The translations under genes were made by a program, and so were the position numbers. The notes beneath the pieces are model-generated. The model was not told the DNA's origin. It was given only the letters and a program-made list of their open reading frames with translations, and made no database searches. From positions 1 to 63,187 of the IMG/VR virus record IMGVR_UViG_3300042507_002438: DNA of 63,187 nucleotides; one strand, 5' to 3'. The DNA comes from a virus (lineage: Duplodnaviria > Caudoviricetes). Positions 20,478-31,600 of this stretch are shown piece by piece (the stretch's first letter is position 1; each line of letters starts with the position of its first letter).

Positions 20478-21236
20478 ATGGATCCATTTACTATATCTTT
20501 GGCTATGGCCGGTATCAATGCCGGAATCTCTGCATACCAGGGATACAAGGCCAATCAAAAAGAAAAAGACGCAAGGGCTGCTGCTGAAAAGTTCGGAGCG
20601 CAGCAACGTGCAGTCACAGAGACAGATATGATGGCGGGCCTGAAAGTTCCACAGCTTGGAGCGCAGTTAGCATCGCAACAACTTGGACAGCAATACGCTA
20701 CAGGAGTAGAAGCACTAAGAGGCTCAGGAGCGGCTGGAGTATTGGGTGGTGTAACTGGGCTTGCTGACGTATATTCTGACGCAGCACTAAAACAAGCTGC
20801 ACAATTAGAGCAATTAGAGTTCCAGAGAAATGCAATGCAGGCAGAGAACGCACAGAATGTAGAAATGAGAAGAGCCAATAGGCAGTCAGAAAATATACAG
20901 AGCCAGTTGACTGGTGCTCAGCAGGCAGCAGCAGTTTCAAACATGGCAAAGAATCAGGCAATTCAGTCTGGCCTTTCAGCTGTTACTGACATTGGGCTTA
21001 AGTACATGCAAAATGCTCCGCTGTATCAGCAGCAGAAAGTTTCAGACATGGGGGTTACTGGTCCAATTAGTATAAAGCCAACAAATTTTGACGCTGGACT
21101 AAAAGCACCACAAATGCCAGCTGGTGCGGTACCAATCCCTGGCAAGAGTGGAATGTATAGCATACCTGGGTTGGGTATAATGTCGGAAGAAGAGGCAATG
21201 GGGCTTTCTTCTTTATATTCTTCACCTTTTTCATAA
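20478..21236 (+). CDS. Internal virion / ejection protein
   Basis: MDPFT start with a hydrophobic A/G-rich N-terminus and A/Q-rich body, typical of podovirus ejection proteins. Confidence 0.6.
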   Translation: MDPFTISLAMAGINAGISAYQGYKANQKEKDARAAAEKFGAQQRAVTETDMMAGLKVPQLGAQLASQQLGQQYATGVEALRGSGAAGVLGGVTGLADVYSDAALKQAAQLEQLEFQRNAMQAENAQNVEMRRANRQSENIQSQLTGAQQAAAVSNMAKNQAIQSGLSAVTDIGLKYMQNAPLYQQQKVSDMGVTGPISIKPTNFDAGLKAPQMPAGAVPIPGKSGMYSIPGLGIMSEEEAMGLSSLYSSPFS

Positions 21237-21242
21237 TTAAAC

Positions 21243-22658
21243 ATGGTAGAGTATTCAGGTTATATACCCGTCCAACCAATAGACTGGACGGCTAAGACTT
21301 CAGAGATTACTGGAAAGTTCTTAGACACATATTACGACAGAGAAAAACAAAGAAAAGACCTAGACATTTTACAAGACGAGGCTATTTCTGATGTTGGAAA
21401 GTTTGAGACTTCCAACTCTCAGACATTTAATAATTTTGTATTGAATGGATCTCAGAGCGCAAAGTCATACATCCAGGCACAAAATGACTTATTAAAGAGA
21501 GGTATTATTGACCCTAATACCTATAAGAGAAATATACAAAACTCTAGGGAGGGATTCTCTAATCTAAAAATATTAACCGATGGAGTTAATGAAAGAATAA
21601 GAATTGGCACCGAGAGAATGAATACTGGAAAGGCTTCTAAGATGGAGCAGTTCATTCAGGACAATATATTTGACATTATTGACGTATCGAATAAGCAGTT
21701 CATTCAAGACGAGAACGGAAACGGATACATAGTGTCTACAGACGGAAAGACTAAGATTTCTACCAAGTCGTTAAATAATACCCTTAACCAGTTCATTGAC
21801 ACTCCAGACATTATATCTGACGTTGATGCCGCAGTTAAGGGATTGGGAGTTAGCGGATTAAATAAGGACGGAAAGTACGTAATATCTGCAAGGCTAACAG
21901 GAGACTGGGAAGGAACAAAAAACAGAATGGCTAACGATATTCTTGCCAGCCCACAGAAGGCGGCAAACGTTCTTGCTATGCAGTTTGGGTACTCGTTTAC
22001 CATGGACCCAGAAGAAGCAAAAGGAGATAGCAATAAGATATTACTAACGCTAGACCCTAACGGTGCTTATGTTCCTAGCCTTACAAAGGAACAAAAGTCT
22101 CAAGCCGTTGACGTTGTGAAGAAAGAGATACAGGCAAGGGTTGGATACGAGGAGGACAAGGTAGATCCAGACGCGAAAGCAAAGATAGCGCTAGAAAATA
22201 AAAAGCTAAACCTTGAGTTTACCAAGTTAAATGCAGAGCAAAGAGCAAAAGAAGAGCCATACTTTTTAAGATTGAGCACATTAAACGACATACTATCTGG
22301 ATCAAGAGAGGGAATGGCTGCTATAATTGGAAAGCCATTGTCATATGCTAGCGCTAGAGGTGTTGAAGGTGGCAAAGCTGGAGAGGCAAGTAAACTATAC
22401 GCTGGATACGTTATAGACGATATAATTCCATTAAAAAATGGAACCTATAAGGTGACGATGAAGTTTGGAAAAGGAGGTTCTGCCAAGAAGGCTGTTTTTA
22501 ATTATGATAGACAGGGATTGGTTTCAGATCTTAATCAAGTGTTGAATACTATTGAAGGTTCTTCTAAATTAGACAACGAAAAGATATTATCTTTGAGCAA
22601 GCAAATCAGTGGTGGCGGTGCTACAACTCCAGCTGCTGGTGATGACATTTTTAAATAA
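21243..22658 (+). CDS. Internal virion / ejection protein
   Basis: 471 aa, between the small ejection protein and the giant protein. Confidence 0.6.
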   Translation: MVEYSGYIPVQPIDWTAKTSEITGKFLDTYYDREKQRKDLDILQDEAISDVGKFETSNSQTFNNFVLNGSQSAKSYIQAQNDLLKRGIIDPNTYKRNIQNSREGFSNLKILTDGVNERIRIGTERMNTGKASKMEQFIQDNIFDIIDVSNKQFIQDENGNGYIVSTDGKTKISTKSLNNTLNQFIDTPDIISDVDAAVKGLGVSGLNKDGKYVISARLTGDWEGTKNRMANDILASPQKAANVLAMQFGYSFTMDPEEAKGDSNKILLTLDPNGAYVPSLTKEQKSQAVDVVKKEIQARVGYEEDKVDPDAKAKIALENKKLNLEFTKLNAEQRAKEEPYFLRLSTLNDILSGSREGMAAIIGKPLSYASARGVEGGKAGEASKLYAGYVIDDIIPLKNGTYKVTMKFGKGGSAKKAVFNYDRQGLVSDLNQVLNTIEGSSKLDNEKILSLSKQISGGGATTPAAGDDIFK

Positions 22659-22663
22659 AACTA

Positions 22664-25600
22664 ATGGATAAATTAGACAAATTATACAACCTTTATCTAA
22701 GTAAGGGCCTAATAACTGAGGCTACGCCAATTGACAAGTTTAAGTCTGCTTCTGACCAGCAGAGAGCAAAATTATACGAACTAGGAAAGACTAGTGGCCT
22801 TTTTGCTACTACAGACTTAAATACGTTTAGCAGCGCATGGGGAGGGCTTTCTGTTGATAAAAAAAAAGAGGAATCGGCTTTACCTTCAGGGGAAGAAGGT
22901 ACTTCATTGGCTACACAAAAAATGGCGGGTCCAAAGCCTTTGGCTTCTTCTCGTATAAAGCAGGTAAAAAATCCGTCTAACTTTAATAAAAACATTGAAT
23001 CTTCTGACTATCAAAGACACACAAAGTTAGCGTCTGTAGCAATCAACGCGGCAGACAAGGGAGACAAGAACACACTTATTAATACCCTAAAGGAGATGAA
23101 CGCCATTAGGGCTATGTACCCTGCTGGTGTATTTGAGTCTGACAAGCAGATGTCAGAGGACTTGCAGTCTATTGAAAAGGTAGCATCAAGAAAGAAGCTA
23201 GACGTCGATATTAAGACCGCTAGTAGAATGCCTGTCCCGCAGAAGAAGATCGAACTAAAACTGCCACAAGGCGTGCAGATAAAGACGTCTGACATTAAGC
23301 AAGACCCAGAAGACTTAAAGAGGGCTGTGCGCGCTGATCTTATAGAGCTAGAGGCTATGGACTTTGAGATGGTTGATAAGCAGGTTGAAGAGGAGTTTGC
23401 CCAGGACGGAATTTCTGACAAGGTCCTTCAGACAATTAACAGATGGACATCTAGGGCCGGTTGGGGGTACATGCCAACAAGCGTAGAAAAATCAATAGCA
23501 AAGGCAACAAACGAGGTAAAGGCTAACAACCCAGACGCTAGCGCAGAAGACATTCTTGCATACGCAAAAGAACAGAGAAAAAGAGAGCTATTAGAAGTTC
23601 AAAAGGACAAGGCCGTAGAGGATTACTTTGAAGGAAAAGCAATACTTGGAAGGCCTGAAGAGCAGGTAAATATTGAGAGGTCTCTTGAAAACATCAAGAG
23701 CAAGCAAGAGTATCATATCGCCAAGTTTAACGAAAAGAATCAGGAGATAGAAAGAAATTTATCTACCCTAGAACTTTACAATAAAAAAATAGAAAACAAA
23801 GAAGAGTTAACGCCTGAAGACGTAAACAACATAAACTATGCTGTAAATAATGTAAACTTATTGTACGACGACTTACAGAAAAACTATAAAAACATAGAGA
23901 CCGACGACAAAGATCTTAAGAATACAGCAGAAGAGATTGACAGATTTAAGAGGAACTACTCATATTTAACTAACGCTGGAGCCAGAGTGGGATCTGCTGC
24001 TATTGACATAACGTCTGGAATAGCAGGATACATGGACATGCAGCAGTCATTGTTAATGGGTGCTCTAAAGGACGCGACTGGAGTAGATGTTAGTCAGGCA
24101 AATATATGGGACGACATATCAAAAAACCTTTCGGGAACATCCGAATCCATTAAGCAGTCAATAGCAAAAAACAAAGAACTAAAGAACGTAAACTCTATTG
24201 GTGATTTTGCCGAGTGGTCTGGACAGTTAGTGTTGGATCAGGCACCTCAAATCGTACTAGCCATGGCCACTGGTGGAGCAGCCGTTCCATTGATGGGAGC
24301 GTCAGCTACTGGATCAAAGTTTGAAGAAATAAAGGACGACGAAAAGTATACAATGACTCAGAAGGTTGTTGCGTCTTATGCGGTTGGCTTGGCAGAAGCC
24401 TTATCAGAAAAGATAGAGCTTGATGTTATCAAGTACGCATTTCCGTCTTCAAGGATAGCAAAAGCAGCAGCAAATACTAAAGCTGACGAAGAGATACTAA
24501 AACAGTCTCTAAGAACCGGAATCAAGGGAGCGACTATAAATAACATAGAGAAGCTAGGGATGGCTTCATTGAATGTAAACAAGGAGGGTATATCAGAAGT
24601 TGTTGCTCAGCTTGGGACAAACCTAACCGACAGATATATTCTTGACAAAAAGGACGTATCAATTCTTGACGGGATTGATGATGCGTACCTATCTGGTGCC
24701 GTAATAGGTGGATCCATGATTGCTGCTCCTGCGTTTGCAAGCAAGGTTATATCTCCATTCGTTTACGATCCAGAGAAGAACGTATCAAAGAACGTATCAA
24801 AGATTGCTGAACTTACAAAGGCTTTAGGAATTGCCACTAAAGAGTCAGACAAGAAGATTATACAAGGCCAGATAGACAAGCTGAATAATGACAACTTTAG
24901 CATTGTAGACGCTGCGATAAACAGAACTAAGAACTTATCTCCAGACGAAATTAGAGAGGGCGTAAAGTCTATAGAAAGAATGCAGGAAATCAAGTCAGAG
25001 ATTGCTGACATTAGAGGGAATGCATCGTACTCTACAGAAGCAAAGAATGCCATGGTAAGTGGGTTGTTAGACGAGTACAACCAGTTAGTATTAAAAAGAA
25101 AACAATTAATAGATAAAGCAAATGCCATTCAAAAGCAAACAACAAGTGAAGTTCCTGTACAGCCAGAAGCCGGAGTTGGCGAAGAAGTGGCGCAAGGAGA
25201 ACCCCAAACAGAACCTAAAATCACTACCAAAGAAGGTGTCCAAGAAGGCACAAAAGAAGTAGTATCTGGAGTAGAGATTACCTACCCAAGCGAACAACAA
25301 AAGCAGGAGCGTAAAGAGGCTAGAAACAGGCCTGAGTATGTGGAAGAGTCGTCAAAAGACCTTCAAGAAGAGGACGTTGATGCTCTTTCAGAGGAATTAT
25401 CTGGAGAGTTTGGAATACTCACAGCTGAAAACCCAATGGCTCAGCCTTTGACAGAGGAGGAGAATAAGCAGCTAAATCAAAAAGCTGAAGAGTGGTTAAA
25501 GGGCAAAGGGTATAAGCCAAAAAGAGTGACAGGAAAGTATGACCAGGCAGAAAACTCATTCTTTGTTCCTGGACTTACGGTGGAGGACGCAATTGAATTT

Positions 25601-28600
25601 GCAAAAGAGTTCAATCAAGAATCAGTAGCTCATTCGACTGGCCTTGTAAAGCAAGACGGGTCCATGAATCCAAGGATGAATAGCGATGATAATTTTTCAT
25701 TTGAAGACTTTACTCCAGAATCAAACTACGTATCGGTAGTAAAAACAAAGGACGGACTTAAAACATTTCAGGTAGGATACGACTTTAATACCACGGTAGA
25801 TAGTAAGAAACCTTCCGCTCAACCAGTGCAACAGGCTGTTGCACAAAATATACAGGAGACTGACGAAAACTACCAAGAGTCTAGAGACGCCGTTATGCAG
25901 ATCGCTCAAGACCAGAAGGAGTTCGTTCCTGGTGACGCGGTACTAGAGCAGGTGACTACGGACGGCCAGGGCAATGTTACCGGTGGAGTTGTTACGTTCT
26001 TAGACGCGGACAGAAACCCCACAAGAAAGACCATTAGCCGTGCACAAACAGCACCAGCAAAGACAGGCATCGTAGAAAACGTTAAGAAAGCGATCAGTAA
26101 GTTGTTCCCTAAGTTGGAAGCTAAGAACTTTAATAGCGCTGCCGAGATGCGTGAGTATGCCAGAAGCAAGTACGGAGACGCTGTAGCAAACCAAGTACAA
26201 GATGACGACGCAGCACGTGTGTTGCTTGACCAGAATAACGAGCCAATAGCAATACTAATCAACGACCAGCTTTCTGACGAGACCACGCTTCCACACGAGG
26301 CATGGCACCCAATCATGCTCAAGGCGTTTGGAGACAACCAGAAGTTGTTCTCGCAGTTTAGAGCACAGATCAAGAAGGCGTTAATAGACAACGGATTTAA
26401 GGACATTGCAGACCAGTTAGACGCGTTTGCAAACCAGGAGGAATATAAAAAGACCGGGGTAGACGCTGAGGAGTGGCTAGTACAGTTTGGCGCACTATTG
26501 ACCAATAAAAAGATAGACGCGAATAAGTTGACGCCAAAGCAAAAGTCATTGATAGAAAAGTTGAGAGACATCATAAACTCATTCATGATCAAGGTGTCTG
26601 GCCAGCCAGTATTCAATGAGACGTCTTCAGCTAAAGACATCCTAGACTTCATGGCTTCTATTGCTGACTCAATGGCAAAGGGAGAGGACATCAGTGGGCT
26701 CTTTGAAGTTGAAGGAATAGATAAAACTACAGAGGTAAAAAGCAGAAGCCAAAAGGCTGCAATAGAAATACTTGATGGTCCTAAGTTTGACAATAAGCTT
26801 AAGGAAGATGTAGCTTCTTACTTAAATAGCCTTAGAGATTCAGAGATACCACCAAACTCTAGTAGAGAGCAGCTAATGGAAAGGTTTATCAACAACGTCT
26901 ACGAAGAAGTTGGATACTACCTTTTTAGCAAGCCAGACGCAAGATCAGCTGGGTTGACTTGGTATATAGAGGACATGGTAGAATTTGAAAACAAGGTAAA
27001 AGTTATTATTCCTGAACTTTCAAATGAAAAACAATACAAGCTGTTTTTATCTATATTAGCATTTACCTCTTCTGGTACTAATCCCAACCAGAATCTATCG
27101 TACGCATACAACCTTTGGAATAACTCCAACGACCCGAAGAATTTTGATTTTTCAAAGGACTGGGGAGATAAAAAGCTTTCTTTTGTAGACAAAAAAGGTA
27201 AGGCAGTTGCCAGCGGAGTTATAGTTAAAGAGACCGCTAAAGAATATACAGTAGAGCTAGTTGACTCTCTTGGTAGACCAGAGGTTGATAGCAAGGGCAA
27301 TAAAAAGTACGAGAAAATTTCTAAGGCCTCTATGAAACCAGGATATCCTAAGCCAACTGGATATACCAATAGAGGTAAAATAATCGTAGGTCAGTTAGAA
27401 AAGCTAGAAAAGCTGTATTCTGATCTTAAATCTATAGATGCTGTTGTTGACTGGCTTGAAACACCACATCCTATTGCAGAGCTTAGAAAGTACAACGAGG
27501 CTGTGCCCGATGTTAATGGTAAGGGCCCTGGAAAGACCAATAAAAAATACGATCCTAGTAAAAACGCAGATGGAGAAAGAAACGGAGCGTTTATATTTGG
27601 AGAGAAAATAGGATCTTTTTACCAGAACATGATCGGTATTGGAGAAACTATTACTATGGACCTGTGGTGGTCTAGAACATGGAACCGATATATGGGGACC
27701 ATGATCAACACGACATCTGGAAATAAAGAGATTCAAGAAGTACCAAGAAGCGATCGCGAAAGAAATATTATGCGAGAAGCCGTGAAAATGGTAGCCGAAG
27801 ATTTAAACTTACAAGTAAGCGAATTGCAGGCTGCGATTTGGTATTTTGAGCAGGAACTTTGGACTAAGTCTGGTAACGCCTCTCCTAGTTATAGTTATGT
27901 AACCGCTATTGATGAATTAACCGAAAAACTTAAAGTAGATGAAGAAACAAGAACAAAATTACGATCAGCTGAAGCAGATCTCACAGAGGCTGAAAAAAGA
28001 AGGAAGAATGCCGCAGAAAGAGCAGCTGCTGTTGTCGCTAGCAAAGGCGGCGAAATCCCTAAAGTCAAAGTAACCACTCGTGCACAGAAGTCAATAGAGC
28101 AAGCCAATGAAGACTTTGGAATAGAGGACGGAGAGGCAATGTTCTCAACTAGAGCACAAAAGCTAGAACCAAAAAAGGTAAGTAGCCTGTCATCATCTAT
28201 TCAGTCTATTGACAAAGAAACTACCAAAAAACTAAAGTCTCTAATAAATAAGGGAGTAAAAGAGCCTAAGAAAACACAAAAGGCCTACAAATTATTCAAG
28301 GTAAAAAAAGAATTTCCTGGAGAATTGTTTCCGTTGTTTGTTGGAGCTAATGAATCTGTAACAGTTGGAGAATGGATAGAAGCAAAAGCCGGAGAGTTAA
28401 CTACCACAAAAGAGGGAAAGACAATGGTAAAATCAACTCTTGGGCCTTTGGCTTACAGACCAGGATGGCATTCTGGGGATCTAGCCATTGCTACTCATAT
28501 AGGATCAAAAAGAAATCCTACTGACAAAGCTCCAACACTAAGAGCAGAAGATCAGGTATGGGCAGAAGTAGAAGTTGGATCTGATGTTGACTGGCAAAAA

Positions 28601-31600
28601 GAAGCTACGTCTAGAGCAGAAAAAACAAAAGACGGAAGAATTAATTTGAGAACTGCTCATATTACAGACCAGGTTCCATTAGGTGGATTCTATAAATATA
28701 AGACAAACTCTAACATGACTGGAAGCTGGATTATATCTGGCGAGATGAAAGTAAATAGAGTATTGACGGATAAAGAAGTTAATGATATTAACAAGAAAGG
28801 GGGAGGAAAAGATCTGCCAAGGCTTACTCCGTTTGACTACGAGGCATATGGATTTAATGTTGACGGATCAGTAAAAAATCCAAAAAATGTATTATCAAAC
28901 CAAATTGCTAGAGCGTATTTAGTGGCAAAAGAGACCGGTGAGAACGAGGAATTAGTTAACGCGGTAGACAATGCGCTAAAGATAAATACGAAGGCTCAGA
29001 AGGCTCCTAAGTACGTGCCAGAAAGTGTGTACAAGTATCTTACAGAAGACGCCGACGGTAACATCGTGTTCCACCACTACTCTAAGGCAAGAAGAGACGA
29101 GATCAAACCATCGACTGGTTCTGGTAGCTTCTTGACTAGCAGAGAAGAGCAGCAGGCACTGTCTAGTGTCGGTGGTCTTGGGATGTACTATACCCAGCAA
29201 GGACAAAAAGAGCCAGGAGTAGGGGACGAGAGACACACGGTGGTAGTTCCTAAAGAAAAGATCTACTACATGACTAGTGACCCGCTAAATCTTTACGACG
29301 AGGCTAGGGCCCGATTCCTTGACTACATGAACAGAAATAACGACGTACAGATTGAGTACGCGTTTAATCCTAACTACCAGACAGCATGGATCACGAAGGT
29401 AGCGCAGGAAAAAGGTTTTGACATGGTCATCAGCAAGTGGAAGAACGACGCCGACTACAGAGCACAGTCTTCTATAGCGTTGAAGCCAATTGAGGAAGAC
29501 TTGCCAATGAAGGACATCGAAGACAACATAGAGGTTGGAGACCGAGTGTTTGTTTCTGGTGCGCCTGCAATTATTACTAGTATCGACGAGAACGGACTCG
29601 CTACATACAAGCAAAAGAACTCTTCTGGTAAGTTTGACATAGAACTTGGCAAGCGTACCGACAGATACGGCAAGATGACCTTGCTAGACAAGGGGCCATT
29701 CGAGATGACAGAGGACGGAGAAATAGTTCAGGCATCCATCACAACAAGAGGCCAGAAAGCTTCCAGAGAAAGAATGATGAACGAACTTGACGGAGTAATA
29801 GCAAAGTCAAAAGAAAGAAAGGCAACAAAAGAAACCGTGTACAATAACGCACTTGCATACTTGCAGGGGTCTAAGGTATACGAGGAGGCTGACGACGTCG
29901 AGAGAGAGTCACTAGTAAGAGGACTTAGAAAGAAGCTAGGCCTGAAAGAAAAGTCTGTGTCTAGAATATTCTCACTCAAGAGAAAGGACAACGGAATAAC
30001 CGTAAACGAGAGAATATCACTCAGAGAACAGATCAGACTGGAAGCAAAGGCGGCAAAAGACGCTATCCAGGCACGCCAGAAGATTGGCGCAATGATTAAG
30101 GACCAACTGTCTGGAATGTTCAAGAAGGGCATCATCAAGACCGCTCAGTTGCAGGCCATCAACAGAAAGTTATTGCAGCTTAACTTCTTCAACCAGGACC
30201 ATGTAGAGAACTTTATCAACTACATGGACAAGGTGTTCAGAGACGCTGAGTACGCAGACAAGCTGTCTAAGGCAAACGCATTACAGGCTAGAATCAAGAG
30301 ATCTGTCAAGGACAAGACAATTCAGGCAGAAACTAGAGACACGGCTAAAGAGTTCTCTAAATTGGCTCCATATCTTGCGACAGACATCGACGCTTACATA
30401 GCAGCTGCTGAAGAGGTTTACGAGGCTATTCAACAGACAAAGGGAACCGTGACAGATGGAATAGCAAGCGTTACCTTTAAGAAGGCCATGAACTACGAAA
30501 GGGTTCAAGAGTATACAAAGAACGAGGCGGCAGCACAAGAGGAGGCTAGAAAGCAACAGTTAATAGAAAAGAATAAGTACCTTCTAGAGGCTGGAGTTCT
30601 TGACGAGAGCATGTCATTGAAAGAAATGATGTCAATAATCGAGTCAATAGAAGCCAATCCAGAAAGTGAAGTGGCTAAAGACAAAGAGAAGATCATCAGA
30701 GACTACGTGAATAAGTACTTTGACTCTTATAGAACTATCCTAGAAGAGATCATAAGAACTGACATCGATCCATTTACCGGAGAGCGCATGTATCTAACAG
30801 ACGCGCAGAGAACACAGATCGGAAAATTCTTGGCAGTTGATCTAAACGTATTGAGCCTAAAGGATGCGTACAGCATGGTTAACGCTATAGACAACTTCGT
30901 GATGAACCAGAACACGGACGGAATGGAGGCAACTATAGCTGCATACGAAGGAATAAAGAACGCAAAAGAAGCCCTCAAGAAAGGCTTAGTGGCTAGATCA
31001 TTGAGAGCATACTGGAGTAAGAAACTTGGAAGGGTTTGGGGTGAGCAGTTCGAGCAGATCACTATGATGCACGAACGCATGTTTGGTGGCGTTCAAAGAG
31101 CTATTGAATTTGACAGGCTAAGCGGACTTTCTAAGTTGTTGACTGATAAAGTAAAAGCGCTAAAATCTTTCAATGCTATCGTAGAGAGTTACGCCAATAA
31201 ATTCGGAAAGGTAAAAGACTTCAACAAGGCTGAAAATGTATTTGAGCGTGGAATGCTTGGTATTGTTGCCAGAAATGTTCAGGGATCAGAAACCGAACAA
31301 CAAGAAGAGTTCAACAAGCAGAAGAAGAACATAGAGATCAGCATAAAGGCCATGGAGCAAGGAACTGATAAGCAAAAGAAGGAGGCCGTAGTCGCTAAGA
31401 AGGTTTACGATAAGATACTCAAGGACTCAAACTCATATCAGGACGCCAAGAAAAAAGCCGGAAAAGAAAACGTAATGGCAGTTGAGTTCTGGCAGGGTCA
31501 ATTCTCTAACATATTTGACAGTCTACAAGATGTTTCTAGAGGCGTGTACAACACCATACTAGACAGGGACGTTAACTACCTTCCTCACACGTACAAGAGG

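Noticed and set aside
22859-22867. A9 run as a programmed frameshift or phase-variation site
   Set aside because: The ORF is intact through it (KKK) and no useful alternative frame is evident
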